A DNA stretch of 62,926 nucleotides, filler included. It is 4 parts of 4 records of this genome, joined end to end, with 100 filler letters (N's around TTAATTAATTAA, not from the genome) between each part and the next. Parts side by side here need not be neighbours in the genome. Positions count along the whole stretch, not along the records: positions 32,028 to 41,780 come from SRR31156797_518; positions 41,881 to 62,926 come from SRR31156797_519; 2 more parts are not named here. One strand, written 5' to 3'. The first letter of the stretch is position 1. Each line of letters starts with the position of its first letter. Shown piece by piece: positions 39,528 to 49,175 of this stretch. The notes under the pieces are model-generated. The model did no database searches and was not told where the DNA came from. It saw only the letters and a program-made list of their open reading frames with translations. The translations under genes and the position numbers were made by a program.

Positions 39528-41648
39528 ATGAACTACAGATTACTCATTGTAACAATCATTCTCTCCTTCTCCTTTAACGCATTCGCCGGGAAACTCATCG
39601 AACTAAATTCAGCTCAAAAAGTAGCAAAAAATGCCTACTTCGAAAGAAGCTATCAATCTCAACCCATTGCGTTTTCACAAATTTCAATTGAAGAGGCCAG
39701 AACAATTATGGCCGGAAATGAAGCGGCCGCTTATATTTTTAATTTGGAAAATGGCGGTTTTGTTATCATTTCTGCCGATGATGCTCTCCCTCCTGTATTG
39801 GGATACAGCCTCGATGGTTATTGCTCTGTTGAGGGCAGCAACTTAAATTTCGACAGTTATATGCAGGGTTATGTTGAACAGGTTGAATATATCCGGGCAA
39901 ATAATATTACAGCCGAGGAAAGCATTGCTGAATTATGGCAAAAGTATACAACCACCACACCTGAGGAACTCGCTATTAAAAGTGGTTCAAGAGCTGTTGA
40001 CCCGCTGTTAACAAATCTGTGGAATCAGGACAGCCCTTACAACATGCTGTGCCCTGAAGATCCAATGGGGCCCGGCGGCCATGTTTATGCAGGCTGTGTG
40101 GCCACAGCCATGTCGATGGTAATGCACTACTGGCGTTACCCATTGCAGGGAACAGGCAGCAGTGGATATTATCCTGAAGGTTACCCATATCAGTATGCCA
40201 ACTATGGTGAAACCGATTATATATACAATAACATGCAGGATGAAATGGATGCTGATATGCCGGACGTTGCTTTATTGCAATATCATTGCGGTGTAGCAGT
40301 TGAAATGATGTATGGTGCAGGTGGTTCTGGTGCCTACAGCTGGAATGTCCCTGGTGCTATCAAAAGCCATTTCGGGTATTCAAATTCTGCCCAATTCAAG
40401 CAAAAGGAGAACTACTCACAGACCAATTGGGTGAACTTACTGAAAGAACAAATTGATCTCGGCCAGCCCATGTATTATTCAGGGTTCAGCAATAGTGGTG
40501 GACATGCCTTTGTTTGCGATGGTTATGATGACGCAAACCTGTTTCACTTTAATTTTGGATGGAGTGGAAGCTCTAATGGCTTTTACACGCTTTACAGTGT
40601 TGGCGGTTTTAACCAGGGCCAGGGTGCTGTTATCAATTATATCCCGGGTGGTGAATATCCTTATAACTACACAGGCCAGCAGGTTATTACCGGTAAATCA
40701 GGATCTATTGAAGACGGCAGTGGCCCGGTTGAAAATTATATTTCAGATAACCAGATTAGCTGGTTGATTTCTCCCCAATCACCTGAAGATTCTATTTCAA
40801 GCATTACCCTTTCATTTATTCGTTTTGACATTGCCTCTGATGACCAGGTGATTGTATATGACGGCGCAACAGAAAGTTCTGGTATTTTGGGCACTTTTAC
40901 AGGAAGCGAAATTCCTGAACAACTTGAGTCTACTGGAAACGAAATCCTTGTAAAATTGCAAAGCAACGGAACAACTACTGCAAATGGTTTCCTGGCAGAA
41001 TATTCCTGTGAAACACCTACCTGGTGCGATGCTATGACTATGCTAACGGAACCTACAGGAGAATTAAGTGATGGCAGTCAGGATTTTAATTATGATAATA
41101 ACACCAACTGCAAATGGATGATTAATCCGGAGGATGCCTCAGCCTCAACATTGTATTTTACAGCTTTTGATACGGAGGAAGACAATGACAAACTCCTGAT
41201 TTATGATCTGGAAGGTATGGCAACCCTCGCGGAAATTTCAGGAAGTTACGGCCAGGGCAACCTCCCGGAGCCTGTAACCTCACCCAGCGGGAAATTCTTT
41301 ATTGTTTTCATATCCAACGCAGGAATCACAGGACAGGGTTTTGAAGCATTTTATGCTCCGGAAATAGTTGGAGTTAATGACGACAAAGTCTCCAATTCAG
41401 TGAATGAAATTTATGTTTTTCCAAATCCGGCAAACAGGCATTTTACCCTGCAGCTCCCTGCGGAGATTGAGGGTGAAACCCAGGTCAGTATTTTCAATAT
41501 CTCCGGAGCGAAGGTTTATGAAAATGATTGGATATCTTATGATCGACACAGCATAAATATCAATGTGGATGGATATCAGCCAGGATTGTATGTTGTGATT
41601 GTACGGAATGGTGATCGTTTCTACCGTAAAGAGCTGGCTGTGTATTAG
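39528..41648 (+). CDS. C10 cysteine peptidase with prodomain, two CUB domains and T9SS CTD (paralog of 32065..34197)
   Basis: WNQ, AGCVATA, GHAFVCDGY, HFNFGW, CUB repeats and VFPNP CTD. Confidence 0.92.
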   Translation: MNYRLLIVTIILSFSFNAFAGKLIELNSAQKVAKNAYFERSYQSQPIAFSQISIEEARTIMAGNEAAAYIFNLENGGFVIISADDALPPVLGYSLDGYCSVEGSNLNFDSYMQGYVEQVEYIRANNITAEESIAELWQKYTTTTPEELAIKSGSRAVDPLLTNLWNQDSPYNMLCPEDPMGPGGHVYAGCVATAMSMVMHYWRYPLQGTGSSGYYPEGYPYQYANYGETDYIYNNMQDEMDADMPDVALLQYHCGVAVEMMYGAGGSGAYSWNVPGAIKSHFGYSNSAQFKQKENYSQTNWVNLLKEQIDLGQPMYYSGFSNSGGHAFVCDGYDDANLFHFNFGWSGSSNGFYTLYSVGGFNQGQGAVINYIPGGEYPYNYTGQQVITGKSGSIEDGSGPVENYISDNQISWLISPQSPEDSISSITLSFIRFDIASDDQVIVYDGATESSGILGTFTGSEIPEQLESTGNEILVKLQSNGTTTANGFLAEYSCETPTWCDAMTMLTEPTGELSDGSQDFNYDNNTNCKWMINPEDASASTLYFTAFDTEEDNDKLLIYDLEGMATLAEISGSYGQGNLPEPVTSPSGKFFIVFISNAGITGQGFEAFYAPEIVGVNDDKVSNSVNEIYVFPNPANRHFTLQLPAEIEGETQVSIFNISGAKVYENDWISYDRHSININVDGYQPGLYVVIVRNGDRFYRKELAVY

Positions 41649-41680
41649 CAGAAAAAAAATCAAATTTTTTAAGAGAAAAA

Positions 41681-41711
41681 TTTGCAGATTTAAAATTTAG
41701 TTTTACTTTTG
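41681..41711 (+). promoter_or_regulatory. Bacteroidetes sigma-A promoter for the tRNA
   Basis: TTTG 41681-41684, a 19-nt spacer, then TACTTTTG 41704-41711. Confidence 0.7.
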
Positions 41712-41752
41712 CAGCCGCTTAAGCAAAAAAAGCGCGTTCTTATTCAAATAAT

Positions 41753-41780
41753 GGTCCGTTCGTCTAGGGGTTAGGACGCC
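41753..41780 (+). tRNA. tRNA 5' part, probably tRNA-Glu (cut by contig end)
   Basis: GGTCCGTTCGTCTAGGGGTTAGGACGCC gives an acceptor 5' strand plus a D-arm typical of tRNA-Glu. The anticodon is not visible. Confidence 0.75.
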
Positions 41781-41880
41781 NNNNNNNNNNNNNNNNNNNN
41801 NNNNNNNNNNNNNNNNNNNNNNNNTTAATTAATTAANNNNNNNNNNNNNNNNNNNNNNNNNNNNNNNNNNNNNNNNNNNN
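41781..41880. other. Artificial contig linker
   Basis: N44-TTAATTAATTAA-N44. Confidence 0.98.
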
Positions 41881-41974
41881 GTCGATAAAATAGAAAATCA
41901 GCAGATACTAATTATTAATTTATATAATCGACCTACTATTTACTATTCTGGCTCAATTTATAAAAAGGTGTATT

Positions 41975-42748
41975 ATGAGTTATAACGAAATTTTTAAAAA
42001 TTATTTATCTTCTAAGTTTCTCAGCTTCCGAAGAGCAATTAATACTTTACGGCCCTCAAAAAAAAATATGTTGAGAAATGCAACATATAACGAAGATGGA
42101 TTAATTACAAATCATAATTGTGATTTTATAAACGATCCTTTATTTAAAGAGTCGTATAGATTAGGTTTTGCTACTGGTTCTTCAAAGGGCTGGCATCTTC
42201 AATGGCGAGTGTATATAGCATGCTGGCTTGGTAACAGAGCTAAGAATATGGAGGGAGACTTTGTGGAGTGTGGTACTAATCGAGGTATGATTTCACGAGC
42301 AATTGTTCACTATACAGATTTTGCCAAGTTAAAAAAAACATTTTACTTATTAGATTCCTTTTGCGGCCTTTCAGATGAACTTCAATCGGACACCGAATTA
42401 GAACGATCGAATATGGTCTGTTATGAGGAATGTTTTGAAGATGTCAAGGAAACGTTTAAGGACTTTAACAATGTGGTCCTTATCCGAGGTTTTATACCAG
42501 ACACATTACCAGCTGCTCTAACAAATAAAGTCGCCTTTCTTCATATTGATCTTAATTGTGCTGCCCCGGAAATAGCAGTAGGGGAATTCTTTTGGGAAAA
42601 ACTTATAAGCGGTGGAGCAGTTCTGTTAGACGACTATGCCTATCCAGGTTATCAAGAGCAGAAATATGCATGGGACAAATTTGCAAAACAAAAAGGCATA
42701 CAAGTATTAAACCTACCAACAGGACAAGGTTTGATCCTTAAACCATAA
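41975..42748 (+). CDS. TylF/MycF-family O-methyltransferase
   Basis: GDFVECG, LLDSF.G, HIDL and LDDY. Confidence 0.85.
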   Translation: MSYNEIFKNYLSSKFLSFRRAINTLRPSKKNMLRNATYNEDGLITNHNCDFINDPLFKESYRLGFATGSSKGWHLQWRVYIACWLGNRAKNMEGDFVECGTNRGMISRAIVHYTDFAKLKKTFYLLDSFCGLSDELQSDTELERSNMVCYEECFEDVKETFKDFNNVVLIRGFIPDTLPAALTNKVAFLHIDLNCAAPEIAVGEFFWEKLISGGAVLLDDYAYPGYQEQKYAWDKFAKQKGIQVLNLPTGQGLILKP

Positions 42749-42834
42749 ATAAAAACTGCTATCCATATTCAGCATGGAATTAAAATAAGAGTAAATGAGA
42801 TAGAATTGTTGCTATATACATATGGAGAAATTTT

Positions 42835-43569
42835 ATGGACTTGATTGAAGAATTTAAACAAAAGCGACTTGAACGCATACAATCAAATGCTAAAAATGAT
42901 AAACTTGTGAATGCTGCCAAAAACTTCACAAAGGAATCAACCTTACCCCAATATTCGTACAACTTTTCCTGGATGGGTCGCCCTATCATCCAACATCCTC
43001 AGGACATTTTAGCCATGCAGGAAATCATTTGGCAGATAAAACCTGACCTGATAATTGAAACAGGCATTGCCCATGGAGGCAGCCTTATTTTTTCAGCATC
43101 AATGTTGGAACTCCTTGGCAATGAAGGCCAGGTTCTTGGAATTGATATAGATATCAGGGAGCATAACAGAAAAGAAATTGAAAAACATCCGATGTTTAAA
43201 CGAATCACAATGATCCAGGGTTCATCCATTGATGCAGATATCGCAAGACAGGTCCATGAATTTGCAAAAGACAAAAAAAGAGTTCTTGTCTTCCTTGATT
43301 CCATGCACACTCATGACCATGTACTGAAAGAGATGGAACTATACTCTTCACTGGTGAGCAAAGAAAGCTATATGATTGTTTTTGATACCATCATAGAAGA
43401 TCTGCCCGGAGATTTTTTCCCTGATCGTCCATGGGGAAAAGGTAATAATCCCAAAACCGCGATAAAAGTATTTTTAAAAAAAAACAATAGTTTCCAGATA
43501 GATAAAGACATAGAGAATAAACTGCTGATTACAGTTGCACCGGATGGCTATTTGAGAAAGATTTCCTAA
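42835..43569 (+). CDS. CmcI (cephalosporin hydroxylase)-family / sugar O-methyltransferase-like protein
   Basis: WMGRPIIQ.PQD, IIETGIAHGGS, LDSMHTHDHV and APDGYL. Confidence 0.9.
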   Translation: MDLIEEFKQKRLERIQSNAKNDKLVNAAKNFTKESTLPQYSYNFSWMGRPIIQHPQDILAMQEIIWQIKPDLIIETGIAHGGSLIFSASMLELLGNEGQVLGIDIDIREHNRKEIEKHPMFKRITMIQGSSIDADIARQVHEFAKDKKRVLVFLDSMHTHDHVLKEMELYSSLVSKESYMIVFDTIIEDLPGDFFPDRPWGKGNNPKTAIKVFLKKNNSFQIDKDIENKLLITVAPDGYLRKIS

Positions 43570-43597
43570 AATGAGATGAGTATTTTATTTGTAACTT

Positions 43598-44518
43598 ATG
43601 AATTCTGAACATAATAATAAACAACTAGTGAGTATCGGACTACCTGTCTACAATGGTGGGAAGTTTATACGGCAGGCTATAGACTCACTCTTAGCTCAGG
43701 ACTACAAGAATATTGAGCTGATAATATCAGATAATGCTTCAAATGACCAAACCCAACAAATTTGTATGGAGTATGCCGCACAGGATAAAAGAGTTCGATA
43801 CTATCGAAGCAATATTAATAAGGGCGCTTGCTGGAATTTCAATCATGTTTTTGAACGTTCAACAGCTGAATATTTTATGTGGGCATCTCATGATGATTAT
43901 TGGAAGCCGTCATATATTAGTGTTTGCCTTAAGACATATGAGTCGCCATCAGACATACTACTGTCAGGGACTCTTTGTGAATCCTTTGATCCAAAAGGCG
44001 AGAGAAAAACTATAATTGACCAGGGATTAACAACGACTGGTTTATCTCCTCAGAAACGATTTATCCAATATAAAAACAATCTCCATAACGGTAAAAATTT
44101 TAATGGTATTTTTTATGGAATTTATAAAAGTGAATTTCTTTCTAAGGTGATGCCAATGCAACGTGTGATTGCAGGTGACCATCTCATCCTGGCCGATCTT
44201 AGTCTCTTTGGAGAATTTATAACTACAAAAGAAAAACTCATTCATAAAAGATGGGGAGGGGCATCAAAAAGTCATCGGGCTAACGCAAATGCGCAAGGTA
44301 TCAATAATGAATTGTTAATTCAATTTCCGTATTTTGTGCGTGAAATTTTGTTACAGAAAATCATTTTTAGAAACAGTAATTTAATATTGAGTAAAAAAAT
44401 CAAACTTTCATACTTATCATTATTGAATTACAGCTTTATCGATATATGGTTCATGTTCAGGATGGTATTATTTTTAGTGAAAAATATAAAAAACCTTATT
44501 AATCGGAAATTGGGATGA
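43598..44518 (+). CDS. Glycosyltransferase family 2
   Basis: VSIGLPVYNG, ISDNAS and WASHDD. Confidence 0.92.
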   Translation: MNSEHNNKQLVSIGLPVYNGGKFIRQAIDSLLAQDYKNIELIISDNASNDQTQQICMEYAAQDKRVRYYRSNINKGACWNFNHVFERSTAEYFMWASHDDYWKPSYISVCLKTYESPSDILLSGTLCESFDPKGERKTIIDQGLTTTGLSPQKRFIQYKNNLHNGKNFNGIFYGIYKSEFLSKVMPMQRVIAGDHLILADLSLFGEFITTKEKLIHKRWGGASKSHRANANAQGINNELLIQFPYFVREILLQKIIFRNSNLILSKKIKLSYLSLLNYSFIDIWFMFRMVLFLVKNIKNLINRKLG

Positions 44519-45666
44519 CTATAAAAGTTTTATATGACCACCAAATTTTTTATAGTCAAAAAGTTGGCGGGGTTTCAAGATATTTTTATGAACTGCTCAA
44601 CTTAGCCCAATCAAATTATTCTCCAAGCCTTGCCATAAAATCCCATAAAAATTTATATCTTAACAATTCAGAAAAAGCATTACCATTTCTTGGAAAGAAC
44701 CCGCACGTTTATGAAGACAAAAATGATATTGTATCCAGATTTAAAAAAAGGTTTCATTTAAATTTCAAAACCTCAATTAATAGAAATGAAAAATTTGTAT
44801 TAGAACAAATTGCAGCGTTCAAACCGGATGTGTTTCATCCTACTTATTATAATAACTATTTTTTGAATAATATTGGTAAATGCCCATTTGTGTTGACAAT
44901 TTATGACATGATTCACGAAATATATCCTGAATATTTTCCAAGAGATAATAACAAAACATCTTTGTTTAAAAAAAAACTTTTTTCCGCCGCCATGCAAGTA
45001 ATCACCATATCAGAAAATACTAAAAAAGATATAGTGGAAATGTTTGGCGTTTCAGAAAAAAAAATTTCTGTCATTCCTTTAGCCAATTCTCTTATCTGCA
45101 ACACTGAAAAAAAAAATAAACGTGAAAAAAAATGGATTACCGATAAATATATATTATTTGTTGGAGGAAGAAGGGCATATAAAAATTTTATGTTTTTTCT
45201 TGCATCAATTTCAGAGTTGCTAAGAAAAGATCCTGAGCTTAAGGTGATATGTACAGGACAGCCATTTAACGATGTAGAGTCAAATTATATTGATTTTCTT
45301 GGACTATCGTCAAAGGTGACTTGCTTATCGGCTACTAATGAAGAGCTGTCACTATTATATAGTAATGCAGAGGTGTTTGTTTTTCCGTCATTATATGAGG
45401 GGTTTGGCATCCCAGTGTTAGAAGCGTTTGCTTGTGGATGTCCGGCTTTGCTGAGCAACACTTCTTCTTTGCCTGAAGTAGGGGGAGGAGCCGCAGAATA
45501 TTTTGATCCTAAAAGTGCTTCTGAAATAAAGTGTCTGGTGGAAAAGGTATTGTACAACTCAAGCCTTAAAAACGAAATGATTCAAAAAGGCTATAATCGT
45601 CTTAAATTATTCTCCTGGAATAAAACTGTCAAAAAAACGGCTGAGGTGTATAAAAAATGCGTTTAA
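44515..45666 (+). CDS. Glycosyltransferase family 4
   Basis: GGVSRY, FPSLYEGFGIPVLEA and SSLPEV. Confidence 0.92.
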   Translation: MTIKVLYDHQIFYSQKVGGVSRYFYELLNLAQSNYSPSLAIKSHKNLYLNNSEKALPFLGKNPHVYEDKNDIVSRFKKRFHLNFKTSINRNEKFVLEQIAAFKPDVFHPTYYNNYFLNNIGKCPFVLTIYDMIHEIYPEYFPRDNNKTSLFKKKLFSAAMQVITISENTKKDIVEMFGVSEKKISVIPLANSLICNTEKKNKREKKWITDKYILFVGGRRAYKNFMFFLASISELLRKDPELKVICTGQPFNDVESNYIDFLGLSSKVTCLSATNEELSLLYSNAEVFVFPSLYEGFGIPVLEAFACGCPALLSNTSSLPEVGGGAAEYFDPKSASEIKCLVEKVLYNSSLKNEMIQKGYNRLKLFSWNKTVKKTAEVYKKCV

Positions 45667-45835
45667 ATAATCAAAAAAAGCTATAATTACAGTCATTTAC
45701 TGTCAAACAGAATGCTCGTATTTGGCAGAATTGTTGTTAAAAATAAGGTTATAAAGTATACGGTTTTGTCAGACGTGTAGCACTTGAGGATGAGCTGCAC
45801 AGGATGGGACGGATATTACACATATTGAAGGATTA
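45657..45835 (+). pseudogene. gmd: GDP-mannose 4,6-dehydratase N-terminal remnant (not in the ORF track)
   Basis: Across frameshifts it reads K-AIITVIYCQTECSYLAELLLK-GYKVYGFVRRVALED, a decayed KALITGITGQDGSYLAELLLxKGYEVxGxxRR. The ATG overlaps the upstream gene end. Confidence 0.7.
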
Positions 45836-45843
45836 CGCGAGGC

Positions 45844-46605
45844 ATGAACAATATAGATTTAGCTAATATACAAGAGTCGGTTCGTCATATTAATAGCGGT
45901 GACTTGAATTCTGAAATCAGAAAAATGATTAACGGAAGCACTCTAGATGAAAAGACCCTGACTTTTTTAGGTCACTTAACTGGAAAAGTGTCTCCACAAG
46001 TAATTCTTGAATTGGGAAGTGGTACTTCAACATCACTTTTTGCAAGTTATCTAAAAAAAAACAAAAATACTCATCTGATATCAGTAGACAATTTTGAATA
46101 TTTTGTAAAAGATGCCGTTGAAAAGTCCGGAGCCAGGCAACAAATAACAAGCACGGCTGCACCAATTTCATTTTGTTTTTTCAAAGGCTGTCCAATCGTT
46201 ACATACTCAAAAAAATTGATTGAAATATTAAAAAAATATCCTAAAGTTGAGTTGGTGCTCATTGATGGCCCAAATGGAAGAATCTTTTGGCGTGAGTCCG
46301 TATTGGTTTTATTAGCTGCTTATATCCATAAAGATGCATTGATAATATTGGATGATTCAGCAAGACCTCGAGAACAAAAATCGTTGAAAATATTAAGATA
46401 TTTATTTGGTTCTGCGATTGAAATTAAAGAACTTTCAGGGTTTAGAAAAGGACTCACATTGATTCGTCTCAATGAGGCATTGCCAAAATCATATTCTTTA
46501 AATATCTTATTAAGCCGATATCTTGAATTGCCGCGTACATTTATTGCCTATTTAAAATACAAAAAATCAGTCAACAAATATATCAGAAGTATTTGTCACA
46601 AATAA
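45844..46605 (+). CDS. Class I SAM-dependent methyltransferase-like protein
   Basis: ILELGSGTST, LVLIDGP and IILDD..R..E. Confidence 0.8.
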   Translation: MNNIDLANIQESVRHINSGDLNSEIRKMINGSTLDEKTLTFLGHLTGKVSPQVILELGSGTSTSLFASYLKKNKNTHLISVDNFEYFVKDAVEKSGARQQITSTAAPISFCFFKGCPIVTYSKKLIEILKKYPKVELVLIDGPNGRIFWRESVLVLLAAYIHKDALIILDDSARPREQKSLKILRYLFGSAIEIKELSGFRKGLTLIRLNEALPKSYSLNILLSRYLELPRTFIAYLKYKKSVNKYIRSICHK

Positions 46606-46651
46606 TTCTATTTAAGTGGTTTCTTAATTCTACAACGATAAAAGAAATATT

Positions 46652-47938
46652 ATGAATAAGTTTAATCTATCTCCTAAGGTTATTTTTATCCATCATGGAG
46701 CAGTTCCAGGAGGGGCACCTACCAGTTTAAGGAATCTTGTTTCCAGCTTATCAGACAAAAATCAATTTCAAATAACTATTTGCTGCCCTTTTTCAAAAAT
46801 GATTCCCTTTTTCCAAAAAAATAAAAATATAAGAGTTATTAGTTATCCCCGGCCCTGTAAGATTTCAGGCAAAGTAGCTATCGGATGGGCCAGTATTTAT
46901 AACTTAAAAACAATGATTTATTTTATTGTTGATATCTTTTACTCACCCATTTCGATAATCAGAGAATTTCTTTTTCTTAAAAGCTTAAATCCCGACATTG
47001 TTCATCTCAATTCCTCAATTCTTTGGACTTCAGCCATAGCTGCAAAATTAAATCGTTATCCGCTTGTATGGCACATAAGAGAAAATTTTATCGGTGGCCC
47101 AAAAAATATCAGACGAAGAATATACGCTTTTTTTTTACGTAAGCTTGCAGATAAAGTTGTATGTATAAGTCCTTCTGAAGAAATAAGTATTGACGGAGAA
47201 AATGACGAAAAATGTCATGTGGTTTATAATTCAATTAACCTGTCTCAATTTCAAAAAGAGCTGTATGATTCAACTGATGAACGAAAAAAATTGGGTATCA
47301 AAAAAGATAAATTTGTAGTTTTAAGCCTTGGAGGTACTTCTTTTCGTAAAGGAACTTTTCAAATAATTGAATCTTTGAATTTCCTTGATCAATCTTGTAA
47401 AATTTTAATTGCAGGAGAAAGTGCTATTTCAATAAACAAACAGTTCAAATTGATTATTAAAGGCTTACATTCAGTTGAAAATTTTTTGATTAAATCAAAA
47501 ATAAAACAATACTATTCCTGGTTTTATGACGACAGACTGGCAAACTCACTTGATAAAATTGATAATTCAAAAGTCACCTTCACAGGGGTAGTGGATGATT
47601 TACCAGAATTGATAAATGCTTGTGATGTTTTAGTGTTTGCAGGTACTACGCCACATTTTTCACGTCCCATTTTTGAAGCATGGGCTATGGAAAAACCTAT
47701 TGTAGTGTTTGACACCGCAGTAATGCAGAGGGAAGTAAACAACGGGAAAGATGGGCTGATTGTTAAAAAACATACAGGTTTAGATTTATCAAGGGCTCTT
47801 AATCATCTTCGGAGAAATCCTGTAGAATGTTACAATTTGGGTCAAAATGGCTGGAAAAATTCCCAGGAAAAATTTGATTTCAACAGGAATGCCGCAAAAA
47901 TTGTGGATATTTATAACGTGTTATTTAAATTTAAATAA
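46652..47938 (+). CDS. Glycosyltransferase family 4
   Basis: GGAP.SL, PDIVHLNS, WHIRE and PHFSRPIFEAWAM. Confidence 0.88.
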   Translation: MNKFNLSPKVIFIHHGAVPGGAPTSLRNLVSSLSDKNQFQITICCPFSKMIPFFQKNKNIRVISYPRPCKISGKVAIGWASIYNLKTMIYFIVDIFYSPISIIREFLFLKSLNPDIVHLNSSILWTSAIAAKLNRYPLVWHIRENFIGGPKNIRRRIYAFFLRKLADKVVCISPSEEISIDGENDEKCHVVYNSINLSQFQKELYDSTDERKKLGIKKDKFVVLSLGGTSFRKGTFQIIESLNFLDQSCKILIAGESAISINKQFKLIIKGLHSVENFLIKSKIKQYYSWFYDDRLANSLDKIDNSKVTFTGVVDDLPELINACDVLVFAGTTPHFSRPIFEAWAMEKPIVVFDTAVMQREVNNGKDGLIVKKHTGLDLSRALNHLRRNPVECYNLGQNGWKNSQEKFDFNRNAAKIVDIYNVLFKFK

Positions 47939-48001
47939 TATTTTCTGATTATAACGCTATAAACAGCAATTCTATGTTTATGAACCGGGAGGTATAGACC
48001 C

Positions 48002-49159
48002 ATCAAAGATAAATCAAAAACTTTCAAAATTGTATATGTTTTCACCGGGGGGCGTAGAAAAAGATTAGACTTAAATGAAGGCGAGTATCCCCGGGAGTTT
48101 TTATTGGGGTATCCGTTTTTGCAACGAAACGGTTTGAAAGTTGACCTCCTAGAATTAGAAGATTTGGAAATCACACATAATTCCAAGGCTTACAAATGGC
48201 ACTCATTTAAAAATTATTTATTAAACCAAACAACAGGCTTAAATTCAAGTAGTCGTTTTTTATATAACTCCGGAAAAATCCTCAACAAATACGATGTCAT
48301 TATTGCATCCAATGAATATGTTGGTTTCGGTCTCGTGCACCTCAAAAACAAAAAGCTGATTCGTGGGAAAATATTTTGTTTTGTCATGGGCATGATGGAC
48401 CAAATAGCATATAGTAATGAACGCGAAAAAATAAGACATTATTTTGCATACTGGCAATATAAAAAAATGATTAAATATGTTCATGGCCTCTTATTTGTTG
48501 GATATGGCGAGTTTCAATATGCTATAAAATCTTTTGACTGCTATAAAAACAAATTTCAATTTCTGCCTTTTGCCGTTGATACAGACTTCTGGGTCCCTGA
48601 AGATTATATAGATGATAAAGATGAAGAATATATACTTTTTGTAGGCAATGATAAGTATAGAGATTATAATTGTGTGAAAAAAATAATCAAAAAAATGCCT
48701 AGTACAAAATTTGTAGTTATTTCTAAAAATCCAAATTTGAAAGAATTAAATAGTTCTGCTCACGTTAAGTTGCTTGGCGGTGATTGGAAAAATTCAGTAC
48801 TCTCAGATTCGGAAATGAGAAATTATTTCAGGAATGCATCTCTAATTATTTTACCATTATTAGAGACTCTTCAACCATCCGGGCAAAGCGTTGCACTTCA
48901 GGCAATGGCTTGTGGAAAAACGGTAATGATTACTAAAACAAATGGCTTTTGGGAGCCAGCTGTTTTTGAAGATAACAAACACCTTGTCTTTATAAAATCT
49001 AATAACCCCGCAGATTGGACGCATAAAATCAATTTCTTTCAGAATCATCCGGAAAAATTGATCTGCATTGGCAACGAAGCTTTCTCATTGGTAAATACTA
49101 ATAATAATCTGAACCGATTTGGAAGCAAAATGATGGATTTGGTAAACAAAAGATATTAA
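48002..49159 (+). CDS. Glycosyltransferase family 4 (probable start is ATC 48002, upstream of the track's TTG 48104)
   Basis: FAVDTDFW, FVGND and PSGQSVALQAMACGK. The frame is open upstream to an ATC preceded by GGAGGT. Confidence 0.8.
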   Translation: MKDKSKTFKIVYVFTGGRRKRLDLNEGEYPREFLLGYPFLQRNGLKVDLLELEDLEITHNSKAYKWHSFKNYLLNQTTGLNSSSRFLYNSGKILNKYDVIIASNEYVGFGLVHLKNKKLIRGKIFCFVMGMMDQIAYSNEREKIRHYFAYWQYKKMIKYVHGLLFVGYGEFQYAIKSFDCYKNKFQFLPFAVDTDFWVPEDYIDDKDEEYILFVGNDKYRDYNCVKKIIKKMPSTKFVVISKNPNLKELNSSAHVKLLGGDWKNSVLSDSEMRNYFRNASLIILPLLETLQPSGQSVALQAMACGKTVMITKTNGFWEPAVFEDNKHLVFIKSNNPADWTHKINFFQNHPEKLICIGNEAFSLVNTNNNLNRFGSKMMDLVNKRY

Positions 49160-49175
49160 ACATCAATTGAATCCT

